A stretch of 64,000 bases of DNA from positions 1 to 64,000 of the forward strand of contig DF237351.1 of the NCBI GenBank assembly GCA_000708835.1, given 5' to 3'. The notes under the pieces are model-generated. The model saw nothing but the letters and a program-made list of their open reading frames with translations, was not told the DNA's origin and did no database searches. This DNA comes from Klebsormidium nitens (Eukaryota; Plantae; Klebsormidiophyceae). The translations under genes were made by a program, and so were the position numbers. This document shows positions 9,527-22,968 of this stretch, piece by piece (the stretch's first letter is position 1; the number at the start of each line of letters is the position of its first letter).

Positions 9527-12500
9527 TCAGCTTACAACGACAAAAGGTCTTGATGCGCCCGAGAACTGCTTGATCGCAGGGAAGAATAGCGACGGCTTCG
9601 CTGCTCCAAAGTGTCGTAACCGGTACACGCCGGCTTCTACCCCGGGCGGTATCTTCCATTCTAGTTCTGCGACGCTGTGCCCGGGAAAGAGCGGACTGGG
9701 TCGCCGCCAGTGATACTTGAGGGAATAGTCGTCGTCATCATACGCTGGCCCCCACGAGTCAGAGACTGCCACGTGTCGCTCTACCAGCGCGAATGTGCCG
9801 TTGGTTCGCAGGTCGTTCCGAGGGCAGCCCGTCCAGAACGTGGCCGAGACAGTCTGGTTCGTTGAGAACACGCTCTCTTTGGGTACGTCCTGCGGGATTG
9901 GCAGCGTACGTGTTCACACTGTTCGACGTGAGTCTGGCCCATCTAAGCTGAAGGTTTTCTTCCGACTCAAACCAAACGTTTGCATCGAGCAACATGCACT
10001 TTCTGAAAAAAGCTATTCGAAAACTGTTCGTCTGCCCGTCAAAAGAAGACAGCCGTGTTATTCATGGCAAAAAGAGGCTTTCCGTGATTGCCGAAAGTCC
10101 CGGAGCAAGCAGAACAATGGCCTCCCTAGTGGATTCGTGACCCCATCTACGTGCTACTGCAGCAAGACTCTGATGAATCTTCAAAGGACGAGGCTAATAT
10201 GCATCTGCGGAGAATTCCGGTCTGTCTGTTCTGGAGGCGACGGAACACAGTTTTCATATTCTACCGGAAAACTAGTCGATGAGGAATGCGTTACTAACCT
10301 TGATACCTTTAGCACACACTTTGAGCACCTCCTGTGAAGCGGTGGCACGAGCCTAAGTCAAAATCGTGAACATTCCGCTGCCCTTTGCCAAAACGATACA
10401 ATGCGAAGAAGGTCCAAGCTGAACAGTTCTGTTTACTACTGACCAGGATCGGCTCCCCAAACTGGACCCCGAACGGCACCGTGTCCTCCAGAACCGGGGG
10501 AAGGAAACCGAGCTGCCGCGCCAGGAGGTTGGGGGGCTCGGGCCCCCGGTCGACGGCTTCCCCGCGCGCGAGCGCCCTCGCCAGCCGGGAAAACTCTTGG
10601 ATGTACGCGCGCAGAGTGTGGGGCCCGTACAGCGTCGAAGCGCCCTGCGAGAGGGTCGGGATTCTGAGGTCAGCTTCAGCTTCTTGCCGTAAGTAACGAA
10701 AGCTTTGCCTCTCAGAATCGGAGACTTGCGAAATTGATTCTCAGAGTTTGCCGCCAAACGAGAGGTCGAATCTTCTGCAACAAGAGGAACTTGAAAGCGG
10801 TGCGCAGAGGCACGAAATCAGATGCCGGGACTAAGTCTCGCAAAATTTGACGCTTCCGCTAAGGATCCTGAGATGCTGTATCAGCTCACCCTAGCAGGGC
10901 GTCAAAATAGCAATATCTTTCATGAGTAGTTGAAGTCGACTGCTGTTGCCCCTGTTGTTCAATTCTCGGGTCCCACCCTTTTCTACTCTTAAATCAAAGG
11001 CTAAATACGACCATTGTGAGGACCGCTGCACCGCTGGCAATCCGCTGCCCGATACGTAAGATTACAGCCGAAAGAAGTCACACTAGATCCAACCCTATCC
11101 AAAACTTCATGAGAAGGATCGTGGAATCGAAACAGGAGACCACTCTCAGGAGCATTATTAGAATTATTCCACAGACCGAACCCGACAGACAATCGTCAGA
11201 GGGGCCTCACCCTCACACAAAGAGTCGTTCTCAAATGGATATATTCGAATAAAGGATCCAATCGGAAAGAGAGACGTGTCTTCAAAGGAGGTACACCAGT
11301 CTCACCTCATATCGCTGCACCTGATACTCCTCAAACGTGGTAATGTACGACGCGTACGTGTTCGCCAGCCCGGCGATCACCACTTTCCCGCCCGGTGGAA
11401 ACGCCCGGGCCTCCGCTAACACTCTTTCCACGGCCTCGCGCAATCTTCTCCCGGCCATGGTTGTGAATTCCCCGGGCACTCCTAGGATGAACAGCTGCCC
11501 CACGCGCAGTATGGAGATGGGGACAACCGAGGGCTCCCAGGGGTAGGGCACGTTGATTTCCCCGGTGTCGAGCAGGATGGGTTTCGGGTGGTGGCAGGTG
11601 ATTTGCTCGGGGGACGGCCGGTGTAGAAAGGACGAAACAAGGCGCCAGAACGGGTTGCCCTGCAGGACGATTGTGCTGCAAGCTTTAACATTTTGACAGG
11701 ACAGAGCTCAGGAGAGCACTCTTTCTGAGCAGTCATTATAAAAGCCGTTCTCCTTTTCAAGTTGGAGTGCTGCAGGCAACCAGGCTTCGCCAATTCCCAA
11801 ACAGATTCCTACAAGTGCTCACTGCTTCTTGTACGGAGGTTAGTTGCCAGGTGTGGTCACTCTCTTTCCCTGCTTTGGTGGATGGACGTCTTTGGCATGG
11901 TTTTACTGGATGACCGAAGATGTACTGTAAGGGCGATATCCAGGATGCAAACTTCGTCCCTGGTCGACGAAGAATGACTGAGAAGGGCTCAACAGTCAAG
12001 CGACTGTGAATATCAATCCCCATTTCCAGTCTCCTACGATAATCACCAGGTGATTCATTGCGCCGAAATTTGCTGCTAAGCAAGCCAATCCTCACATGCG
12101 CATCTCCCTGGGTGAAGTCGAACGCCCCCGGCCCGTCCGTCGTCCCCGCCGCAAAGCTGAACCCCATCGCCGGCTTGCACGTCCTGGCCGAGGCCCCGTC
12201 TTCAAGAACCACGCTCACGTTCGCCATGTCGATAAACGCGTGCCGCGAATCTACAGGGCCTTCCAGCCGCCGCCCCGCCGTTTTGGCCGCCTCGTAGAGC
12301 GCGCGCGCTTTAAGGAACTGACGCTCCCCGATGACATAGTTGCTGACGGAGTCGTCCGGCCACCCGGGGCCCCGGCCGTGGCAAAGCTCGTTGCGCCCGC
12401 CGCAAGTGCTGCAAACACCCGGGGTGGTCATGCTAGGGACACACTGGGAAGCGCGAACCATGTATATCTTCATAAAGTTAGTGAGTGAGTACAGAGGCGA

Positions 12501-15500
12501 ACAAAAAACAAACGACCAATCAAACAAGAAAGTTGTATAGATGAATGTCTGAGCTTTTGCAACGACGTAATATCTGGAACCGCTTTTCAAAGAACACAAA
12601 ATGAGCGTCTGTCCCAAACTCGCATCAAGGAATTAGGAAGGGCCCGGCCCAAAGCATGTTAAAAGGACAGGTATCTAGAAACCGAAGTTTGTTGCTTGTG
12701 GAGGCCATTGGAGGTGGCCCTGAGCGAACCCCTTCACATAAATCTTCTGGGACTTTTCAAAAACTCAAAATTCAGGCAGACTCCAGTAGGGTGACGATAC
12801 AGAGGCGCACTAGCAACCTTCAAAAGCTCTCTATCGCAGTAACCATTTCACTTCTGGGGAAATAAGTACTTATACGTGCTGACGGCGCACATCACCGAGC
12901 CTCTTTTTCCACTTTCACGTGTCCAGATCAAAAGAGTCCAATCTGTCCCAGGCAAGAAACGGCCTCTGGTAAATCCTTCCTTGCCTTCCGCTGGAACGGA
13001 AAGAATGAGCGAACGCACCTCGTGTTGGCAGCGCAAGGCTCCCCTGTGTCGATGCAGAACGCGCCCAGCACGTTCGGCGACGTGTCCCCCACGTTGCTCT
13101 GCGCAAAGGCCGCCACAAACCCCGGGTTGACCGCACACGCCCCGCCGTCACATTGCACTCTTGCCAGGCGCCGCCGATGCGATGAGCCGCCCGCAGATCC
13201 CAAGTCCCCGGTCAAGTGCTTCTTTTCCGTCTTCGCCAGCTCCTCTCGGAGTTCCGAAATCGAAGCCTTGCCCCTGCTGTCCACACTCCCCTCCATCCGA
13301 CGGCTGCTCTCCGTCTCGCTTGTCGTCGTCGAAACCAAATCCCCCACCCTTCCGCCGCTCCCCGTTCGACGCCCATTCTTCCAGTCCTCTATCAACCGCG
13401 AAGCGACTCCCTTGTTATCTCCGCTTATCAGCCGGTTCGTGTTGTTCATCGAAGTGCAGTGAACCGCGAACCAGCTAATCGCGCCACGCTCGTCTCCATT
13501 GGAATTTTCCAGCCGCAGCAGAACCATCTCTTTGTCAGTATCATGTGCGTAGCGGGCGCGCTCCTCCGGAGGGTTGCTGGCGTATGCGTTGGGGCTGCGG
13601 TTGATGTTGGCGTCCAGGAGCTCGCCTGAGGGGGCCACGTGGCAGGGTTTAGCCGTTAGGTTAAGGTTACCAGGTCCTCAGTTCCGGTTACCACGTTAAA
13701 GGGTATGAAAACCGCAGGAAAGCCCCGCGGTTGACGATTGCGCAGAGTGCAGACCTTCCAAAGACGAAAGTCAAGGAACTCCTCCACCTTTGTATCCGTA
13801 AACAGACTCACACAGAGACTGACAAACAAAACCGGGAGGAATTCAAAACCCGCTAAAACAAGCGCAGGTACAGCCCTTCACCTTCATTGAGATACACGCT
13901 CCCCGGTCGGAGGCTCTCGTGCGCCTGGACGATGCTCCGCTCAATCCCATCGACCAGCGCGTCAAACGACTGGCGTACGAACCCAAGACTCGTGATGGCA
14001 TACGTCACATACTGAAGGTAGCCCCCGGGGCCGGAGTGCGTGTGAATGCCGCTAATGACCACATTCTGCTCTGTGTAGAGATCGCCGTACCTGGCAAAAA
14101 GCGAGGATTGAATTCTGTGCGCAAGGGCCACTGGGACTATCATACTCCTTGTTTATCCTCTTCTGACCATCTACATCGCTAGCCTACTTACCACAGGTCG
14201 GATTTTAGAACTCAAACACGTGTTAAAGGCCCCTTACATAGACTGGAAAACATTCTGCCCGGAACGACATGAAATTAGTGAGCTGCCAGAAAGGCGGGTT
14301 TCCCCTTCACTTTGTATTGCTTGAATAAAGGGCCGCAGCAATATGTAGTAGCAAAACTCTCCCCCAGAGGGTTGATCATGCCGCTAGCTGTAGACCGCTT
14401 GAAAACGTTTGCTGCGAAGGTTCTCAATACTCCAAACGCTGAACACCATTTCGATGGTACCGCCAGATTGGTCTTACGCTCACACTTCTCAAGCGGCAGA
14501 GCTGACGAACGTGCCACGCACCTGTTCTGCAGCCTCTGCAGGACCTCGTGCGTGACTGCCTGGGAGGCCATGCACGCGTCCACGCTGACAAAGACCACCC
14601 GGGGACCGCCTTCCGTCTCCCCAATGATGAACGCACGGGAGTGCAACCGTAGGTGGACACCCGCCGCGGTCTGGGCGGGGTGAGCATACCTGGGGGTGGG
14701 GGTTAGCCCGAGTTAGAAGATAACTCGGATGTGAGTAGCGCTGCTGGATTCTTCTGGGGCCTGGAAAAAGTGCCACGGGTGGTTTGAATATTTAGTTAGC
14801 TGGGGGTCATTGATCAGGGTCTGAAAGATTGGCTTCGGTTAGTGTCAACCGGGGTAAAATGAATGTCCTAGGGGCAGCAAATTGACCGGGGAGTCTACTT
14901 TGAATCAAATTTACGATAAGCGGGGACTAGGAAAGATGAATGATCAAGATATACTTGAAGAAGCCTACCAGCCTGCAGGGGGTTTCAGCTACCTCCTGAT
15001 GTATATTGACTAGTGAACGCACTTGCAAGGTGCCTCAGGAGAAAAGCTTTCAGAAGTCTCTTTCAGCTGGCGATTGAAAAAGCAGGGGACAAGTGCCAGA
15101 AATGAAGAAGCGACGAAGAAGTGTTCTTTCGTGAAATTTTGAGGCTCAAGTCTGAGGCAGCTTCAACTAGAATGAAGCAACGAACAGACGCTGAAAACAC
15201 AGCAGACTGCAACCGATGGCAACCAAACCAGGCTCACACCAGAAGTGCTGTATGAGGAAACAACTTTGACAATTGAAATCTTTGGAATCAGTGATTGACC
15301 ATGTTATTACTGGCACACTGGAAGGAACCACCACCCTCGTAAATAAGTAGTGTGGCTTTCAAATAAAAGAGTACAAAATTACTTTTCTGGACACCTCAAA
15401 GTTACAGCAGAGTACCTTATCCACATCCTTGCAGATCCTGGCTTAGCTTGCGCCACAGACTCTGACCAATAACAAAGACGAAAAGTCACAGTTCCTAACT

Positions 15501-15845
15501 CAACAGAAGGCTGAGGGACGGTGTTTATTCCGAAACATTTCAGAATCTGAATGCACAACAGTCCCCAATTGCAAAAAGTCAACCAAAAGCAGCACCTTTT
15601 ATTGCACATGGTGACTTCCAACGTTTTTACTGGACAACAAATGCGTACCACACAAAGAAGTGCATTGAGCCTAAGGAGCTGACAGGAGCTCACCCCATCA
15701 TGTTGACGTGAGCAGCAGGCCCTGTGACATCGTACGAACCAACCCCAACGAGATACTCTCCTGAAACTGCATTTCCCGTGCACCCGGTATGCACAAAAGC
15801 TGCAAAAGCTGCCAGGAGCACAAGTGAACGCCCCCGCACATCCAT
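9527..15845 (-). CDS. NCER: Neutral/alkaline non-lysosomal ceramidase, secreted, multi-exon
   Basis: ATG 15845 gives signal-peptide-like MDVRGRSLVLLAAFAAFV followed by YLVGVGSYDVTGPAAHVNMMG (exon 15845-15694). Later exons give GYAHPAQTAAGVHLRLHSRAF, NVVISGIHTHSGPGG, INRSPNAY, WFAVHCTSMNNTNRLISGDNKG, CKPAMGFSFAAGTTDGPGAFDF, GVPGEFTTMAGRRLR and TLYGPHTL. The last exon YRLRHFGAAK ends at stop 9527-9529. Confidence 0.96.
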
Positions 15846-16503
15846 CGCACCTGCCAACAGCTTTCGCTTTCAGCTTGACAAGCTCTGGCCAGTGGTCATG
15901 TCGGGCCCTTCTGAGCTTGAGCCAGCTCAATCAGGAAGGGTTCTGATGGCGTTCTGGCGTCAGAATAGCAATGGCGTCCACTTTGAAAGGCCTGCGGTTT
16001 GGTACAACTGGCACGTTAGCGCAATGGTGGTGGACGGTTCCGGCTGGGCCGCTCTGCGGACGCAATTTTCACAAATTTTTGCCGCGAGCGGACGCCCCCC
16101 TGCTCGTCCGACACGTACGCAAGCTTACCCGCATACGACAAACCCTGGCGGCCGCGCCGCAACCGCAAAGAAGCCGCCACCCACGACGCTGCGCCCGATC
16201 CAAGCCTCAGTGCATGGGGCTACGCAACTGGCCCGTGACGCCCTCAGGTGAATCAGCTTTACAGGGCACATTCAAGTTCATTGCGCTACTGGATACGAGC
16301 CCAAAGAGCATGTTTGTCCAAGATGCTGGCCCTTCGACTATCTCACAAAGGGGTTCGTCAAATGCAAAAGAGCATTCGCAACTCTGCACACCTGATCAGT
16401 GCCGCTCATCAGCAACCAGTCTGCTTTGCAGGACCTTTGCTGCAACATCTCTTCAGCACTGTTGCAAGGTCGCAAGAGACCAGTCAGCAATCGTCTGCAA
16501 TTA

Positions 16504-19471
16504 TGGTGATCAAAGGCAGCCTTCCCATCGCCGACTCCCCCACTTCTTCAACCCTCTCTGGCCCTAGGGACTTGGCAGAATGGCAGCAGCGTCAGATGGA
16601 CGTCAGCAACGCCGCTAATTCCGCTGAAGGGGGGTCCGGCACCAACCCCTTCCTGAGCATGCTCGCAGGGGGGGCTCTCCAGACAGGCTACCAGCTCCCC
16701 CCCATGACGCTCACAGAAAACAGCTCCTGGACGTACAAAGAATCCAGCAGCCCCTGCTTGGACTTCTTTTTCCAGGTCGTGGCAAGCACCCCCCCGGACA
16801 GATTGCGCCGGCTGCTGGAGGCAGCGTGGAAGGAAGACTCCCTGCTAGCGCTGAAGCTGCTTTTCCATCTCAGGGGGGTCAGAGGGACTGGGAAATCTGA
16901 AAAGGGGGGGTTCTATACTGGAGTGACGTGGCTGGCGGAGAAGCACCCAGGGACACTGCTGACCAACCTGAAGCAGGTCGGCGTGTTTGGGTACTACAAG
17001 GACCTGCTCGAAATCGTGCTCAAGTTGGTGGCCTCTTTGCATCCTTTTGAATCTCCTGTTTTCGAGACAGGAAGCACCTTTTGTTCAAAACTTTCTGATT
17101 GTCAACGGTAAAAGTAGCCTGGGCAGAGAACATCTGACCTCCGTTCGCTCGAGGTGAGACTGTCGCTCATCATTTTCATGTAGAGGAAGTTATAGGCAGG
17201 CTCGGATCTGAAAGAGATAAGCTTTCAATTCCAATATCTGTCAGTCAAGCAATAAAGAAAGCTGTGTTCTTTCTTCAACGGAAACGAAGTCGACACGCAA
17301 AGGATTTTAAGCCCTTCTTCAAAAATCTGCCTGTCAAGTTCTAATTAGCAGATGCTCTGGCCTGCTAATTAAGAGCATGCGCTCGTGAAAGCCATGGTCC
17401 TATCACAAAGGCTGTTTTCCAATTGTGATGAATTGAAAGTCTGGAACTTGTGGCTTTCGCTTTCTAAGGGGTTTCCGTTCCTGGTTGCTCTTACTGAGCT
17501 TTGAAGGACTGTGAGCTTTTGAGAACTATCATATAATGTTCAGCTTCCAGATATCTGAGCTTTTGAATCAGTTCCCCGTTATACTAGACATTGCAGGATG
17601 TATTCTCGACTCCGCTTTCTTGGAGTCCAAAGCAACCTCTTGCGATGGCGAAGAAACTCGTTATCTGATACGACGTTAGTATCCTTCTTTTCATTGATCC
17701 TGGCTTTGCTACTGCTGCCGCTCTTGTTCTGTGTATCGTGCAAGGTCCATCAAGGCGGCTAAGCCATCATGCTTCCATCCAATACCTGGCCTTCTTTTCT
17801 GCCTTAACTCCCGTGTTCCACACCACTCCGAACCCAACATCGTCGACGAGAAACATTTTGATATGATGCTTATTAGTCGTCCTTTTTGCTCTCAGAGTCC
17901 TGGAGGGTCCCGAGGGGACGGCCAAGCGCGCGCAGGAGAAGAAGCGCCACGACGCGGCCGTTCGAGCGGGCAAAGCGCGTGCGGAAGAAAAGAAGAGCAT
18001 CCAGGAACTTAAGGAGGCGGGGATCTTTACTTTTCAAAGAGGCGCGCGCGGCCGGGGCGGGGGCGGATTCAGGCGCTTTTTGGGGGGGCGGCCTGTGATC
18101 GTCAGCGAACGCTACAAAAAGGGGGAGGCTGCTCGGATCGCGAAACGGCAGGGAACGCTGCGGCCGCGAGAGGAGCGGGTTGCGCTGCAACTAGAGAAGG
18201 ACCGCGCGAAGAGCGAGAAGGCGCGCGCGGAGCGCAAGGAGCGCGAGTACGAGCTCGCGGCGCGCGCGGTGCGCGCGTACGCGTACAACGGGAGCTACCG
18301 CGCGCTGCACGACGCGGTGGCGGGCGTGTTCGCGGAGCAGCTCGCGCGCGACGTGGCGAGCCTGCGCGCGGGGCGCACGTATGACGTCAGCCTGGCGGGG
18401 AAGTGGGCGCCGAGCTTGGACAAGAGCTACGACCGCGCGACGCTCCTCTGCGAGGCGATCGCGCGGCGGATGTTCCCGCGCGCGCCCGGGGAGGGGGCGC
18501 TCTCCGAGGCGGAGTACGTCAGCCGCGCGCGCGACAAGCTGCGGCGCGAGGTGCTGACGCCGCTGCGCGCGGCGCTGGAGGTGCCCGAGGTGTACATGTG
18601 CGCGCGCAGGTGGCACGAGCTGAAGTACGCGCGCGTGCCAAGCGTGTGCATGAAGATGAACCAGGAGCTGTTCCTGAAGCACGACAAGGAGCGCTTCGAG
18701 GCGTTTCTGGCTGACGTCGAGGCGGGAAAAGCGAAGATCGCGGCGGGGGCAGTTCTGCCGCACGAGGTTCTGCAAGAAGCGGTGACTGGCGAGGGGGGTG
18801 CGGGAAGGGTTGCCGAGCAGCAGTGGGCGCGCATCGTGAGCGATCTGAAGCAGAAGGGCAGCCTGACGAACTGCATGGCGGGGTGTGACGTCAGCGGGTC
18901 GATGGACGGGACGCCGATGCAGGTGGCGATCGCGCTCGGGCTGCTGGTCTCCGAAATGGCGGACGCGCCGTGGGGGGGCGAGCTGATCACGTTCAGCGAG
19001 AACCCGCAGATGCACGAGATCCCCCCGGGAACGCTAAAACAAAAATACAGCTTCGTTGAGAAAATGGAGTGGGGGGATAACACGGACTTCCAGAAGATCT
19101 TCGACAACATGCTGGCGCTCGCCAAGGCGACACATCTCCCCCCCGAGTCGATGGTGCGCCGGCTGTACGTGTTCAGCGACATGGAGTTTGATGAGGCGTG
19201 CTCGCGGCCGTACCAGACGGACTACATGGAACTCGAGCGCAAGTTTGCGGAGGGGGGGTACGGCGCCCCCCCCGAAATCGTGTTTTGGAACCTGCGGGAT
19301 TCCGGAAGCGTTCCCGTTGTGGCGACGCAGAAGGGGGTCGCCATGGTGTCAGGCTTTTCAAAGAACATCTTGAAGCTGTTTCTGGACAATGATGGGGAGA
19401 TTGATCCGATGATGATTGTGCACAAGGCAGTTGCGGGGCCGGAATATCAAAAGCTGATCGTGGTCGACTAA
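16504..19471 (+). CDS. DUF2828 / vWA-domain protein (plant At5g13210-like family), two main exons; start codon uncertain
   Basis: Exon 1 to 17023 gives PPMTLTENSSWTYKESSSPCLDFFF...LRGVRGTGKSEKGGFY...FGYYKDLLEI. Exon 2 (17896-19471) gives SLAGKWAPSLDKSYDRATLLCE, ARVPSVCMK, MIDAS-like CDVSGSM, LITFSENP, NTDFQKIFD, VFSDMEFD and PEIVFWNLR. Alternative in-frame ATGs lie at about 16323 and 16596. Confidence 0.92.
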
Positions 19472-20649
19472 ATCTTGTGAAGGCAGTCACATAAGCTTAG
19501 ACAAATATTGGTTGCACTTAGGGACGAGGTTTTTTGAGAACGATGCTAGTAGCGGAAGTTGCATAATGACTGTCGGATCCAATCAGCCCCCTTGCACCAC
19601 TAAAGCAGTCCTGTTGCTGAAGTGGTGCAAAAATTACATGCTTCTAATGTTACAGGCGTAATTGAAAGTCGGCCTTTCTGGGTCAATGAGTCGGTGGGCC
19701 ACCTGACGCGGATTCGAAGAGAATGATAGAGAATGATAGAGACGATGCGGTCAAGATGAGAAAGACATTCCTTCGCGCGATCCTGTGGCCGCTCGTGAGA
19801 GGGGAATGATGTTGTGCTGTGTCTTCTTAGATGTTTTAGATCAGAATTTTTATAGTAGAGTGTGACCTTTGTTATCATGGACGTACGGTGCAAACCAACT
19901 CATGTACGATCTGAAAACAGTCCTGTTCCAAGCTGGATGCAGCAAAGCTGTATGTCGAACCGTTCGCAGATGTTACAGAATCTTCTCGCTCCTTGCTCCA
20001 ATCTTAGCGGAATTGGATTTACCGTCGATTATCCAATCCGAGGTCTAGCAATCCCAGATTTTACGAATGATGCGCGCGCCATCCGCCGCCTGGAGACCCT
20101 GGAAAAATTGGCCAGGATGCATGTGAACGAAGCAACTACATAAATCTAGTCAATAGGTTAATGCATCTTCGACGAGACGAGGTCTTATTTCTCTCCACTA
20201 GGTATAAAACGCCAGATGCGGCGCCCCGTTGTGATTGAGATGATGCTGACATTAGGCGTCTTGCAGAATCGGGCGAAAGCTCGGAGGCCGTAACGTCGCT
20301 ACTTTAACGCTCACAGGAAAAAATTTAACGTATGGCAGGCTGTCTAGCAACAACGAGCCTAAGCGCACATGCTGCTGCTCGCTACTTTCAAGCTGCTCTC
20401 AGATAGAATACTAGGTCCAAGACTTAAGAAGAACGCCTTATGATGATAAGCGTATCTGACCGCACGTAAGAAGCGCGTATGAAAAAGGACCGCGGCCGCG
20501 GTGATTGCGCTGCTGTCACGCGCGCGCCGACCGTCGCTTCATCACCAAACTCTGTCTTTCAAGCGACGGCCGCGTCAAGCCGCCGACCTGTGATCTCTCG
20601 ATGTTCCCCTACTTTTTCAGCGCTGAACTCTGGTAGCAGTTTGAAAAGA

Positions 20650-22093
20650 ATGGCGGGCCTCTTCAAAGAGCTACCACTTGACGTCAATATTCTGATCTGT
20701 CAGCTTACATCCGGCCTTGATCTAGACCTCAAGGAGCTTTGGCACCTGAGGCAGGTCTCAAAGACCTGGAAGCAGGCGGTGGAGGAAGGACACCTGGGAG
20801 AAGCCGGCCGTTTTCTCCGACCAGGCTTGCTTAAGTTTGCTTGCCGTGTTGTTGACGGCAAGCCCGGCAGGGACAAACCTGCAGATGAGTGGCAGAATAC
20901 TTACCCTGGACTTGGGATCCTGAACGAAGATAGGACTGTACTTCATATCCATCCTTTTCTAACCAGGCAGTTATGGGAAGGTTCTGACTGAAGCACAGTC
21001 AAGCGGGGTTTGGGTGGACATACCAGAGAGCACTGTAGTGGTCAATGAAGCGGTGTACGTTCTGAGCGAACCAAAGCGCGCCCCTAGCGATGTGTATGCA
21101 AGGGTGCGAAGGTTTCGCCTGAGGTCTTTTGACCTGAGCAGTCAAAAGGGGTGCTGGAAGGAGAAGAGCTCTCTGCAGTTCACAGAGGAAGAGGCCCCTT
21201 TATCACCCTCAGCAGAGGGCTTTATCATGGGGGAACATGAATGCGCAGCGCAAACAAGCTTCTCCGTGGTCGCATCCCAGCGCTACATCTTTGTCATGCA
21301 CTTCGCCATCCCGCGGGTCGATTCCTCACATACGACTCGTCCCGGCTGGTACGCAATGATTGCATCTGCGCACGCAAATCTGTACGACACCCTGACAGAT
21401 ACGTGGAGGCCATTCAATTTCAACCTGCCTAACTTCTTATGGCCCCCATACTCTGATCCACCCCCATCCAGATTCTGGAGGATGGTTCGCTTTTATCGGG
21501 GAAGAAAACTGGCGGACGTGCTCTGTGCTGCAACTGAAGATGCTGTAATCTTCATCCACGACCGGAAGGAAGTTTGGTTTCATTCCTTGGCGGAAGGGGA
21601 GCTTGACCAGCCCTGGGAGTCAGCCTCTTTCATACCGACAGATGGGGAGCCACAGCCCCGGGAGAAAGTATATTATTCTGCTGTGACGGCCTCTTCTGGC
21701 GTTCCCAACGCAATCTGCATCTCTTCCTTGGCGTACACAGGCCCGGACTTCGCTCGTTGCATCAGGAAGATCGTCAGGACGAAACCTACTCCAAAAAGGC
21801 GAGGAGCGAACGAAGAAGAAAGTCTTTCATCAATGTCTTTCACAGCGATAGACGAGATAGATTGGGTGTGGCCGACTCAAAGCCGCTTTGAGGAGGGGAG
21901 CCAGCATCGCAACGTCGATGATCTTCATGACGTGCACGGAGACGTTCTCATCCTGAGCGAGGGAGCAGGCATGTGGCAGGGGAGCAAGAAGCACGTGGAG
22001 TACAGAAAACCTTTCAAGGACGTCTTTGTTGAACCCGTGGGTGAGGTTCTATGGTCCCGCTTGTTGCCTACGGTATCTGGGGCATGTCCTTAG
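20650..22093 (+). pseudogene. Intronless F-box protein split by a +1 frameshift (pseudogene or assembly error)
   Basis: An F-box-like motif LFKELPLDVNILICQL...LKELWHLRQVSKTWKQAV follows ATG 20650. This frame stops at 20991, while a second frame is open 20963-22093. Removing one G from GGG at 20975-20977 fuses them into ...RQLWKVLTEAQSSGVWVDIP... Confidence 0.6.
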
Positions 22094-22952
22094 GTCCTCT
22101 ACTAATGAGGCTGTAAAGATATTCAGGTAACGTTGAGGGGATGAATGTTGACTGTGGGAAACGCTGAGGTAGAAGAAAAAGAGAGTTGATTGCGGACCCT
22201 TGAAGGCGATCTTACCGAGTCGGTGTCTTGAAAATTGGCAGATGCAAGCAGAGCGAAGGAAACAAGATTGACGAACCACAGGCTGTGGTCTGATGGTATC
22301 TGACTGTTCTGCCCTGAGTACGCTTTCCAGTACGTGCGTCAAGGCTTCGTTAAATTGTTGTATCTTTGACTGCCAAGTTGTCGTCACGATCATGAAGTAC
22401 TGCCCTTGATTCGAAGAAGAGATTGTGTAGCCACGCCTGGCTTGCTTAGATCCGTTCCGACTTGAATGTCTGCATCGGTTACATCAGTACATAAACTAGT
22501 GCTCTGGCATGCTCATATCTGCTGAGTTGCATGAAACTTACGGGCCTAAGCGCCCACTCGGTCGTTTGATTTCCAGCCTGCATTCGATCTTTCCGGTCTG
22601 CAGAACATGCGTACTTGTGTCCAATCTCGACGAAGTCATGATATTGAATGATCGGCGGCCCTCTCTGATTTGCTTTTGTCGGACATGGAGCTTAGGATAC
22701 ACATAACATTCCTATTCAATTCGTGCCATGCGCCATGGCTGTATACATGGTCTGCACAGCAGACCATGCATGGCAGAAATGGTTATCAATCTGGCTCGGA
22801 TGATCCGCCGTCCTTGTGTGTTGTTCAAGCGCTCCAACCGTCGGGAAACTCGAAGCTTTGCATGGAAAAAACATCAGGCTGAATGTCAACAAATTGTTTC
22901 TGTGAATACGTAAATACGAGCTGCTGTGTGCTCGAATAAGGTAAAGATATCA

Positions 22953-22968
22953 GCGCGCGCGCGCGCGC
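22953..22968. repeat. (GC)8 alternating purine-pyrimidine tract
   Basis: Direct reading: GCGCGCGCGCGCGCGC, intergenic between convergent 3' ends. Confidence 0.9.

Noticed and set aside
13640-13712. GGGTTTA/GGTTA-rich intronic patches (also ~7570, ~14695, ~41520)
   Set aside because: Too short and degenerate to call interstitial telomeric arrays or telo-boxes.
18191-19490. Long antisense and alternate-frame ORFs over DUF2828 exon 2 (274, 251, 105 aa), and similar ones over the ceramidase, ZW10, TRIP4 and kinase exons
   Set aside because: Shadow ORFs expected from very GC-rich codon usage, with no independent motifs.
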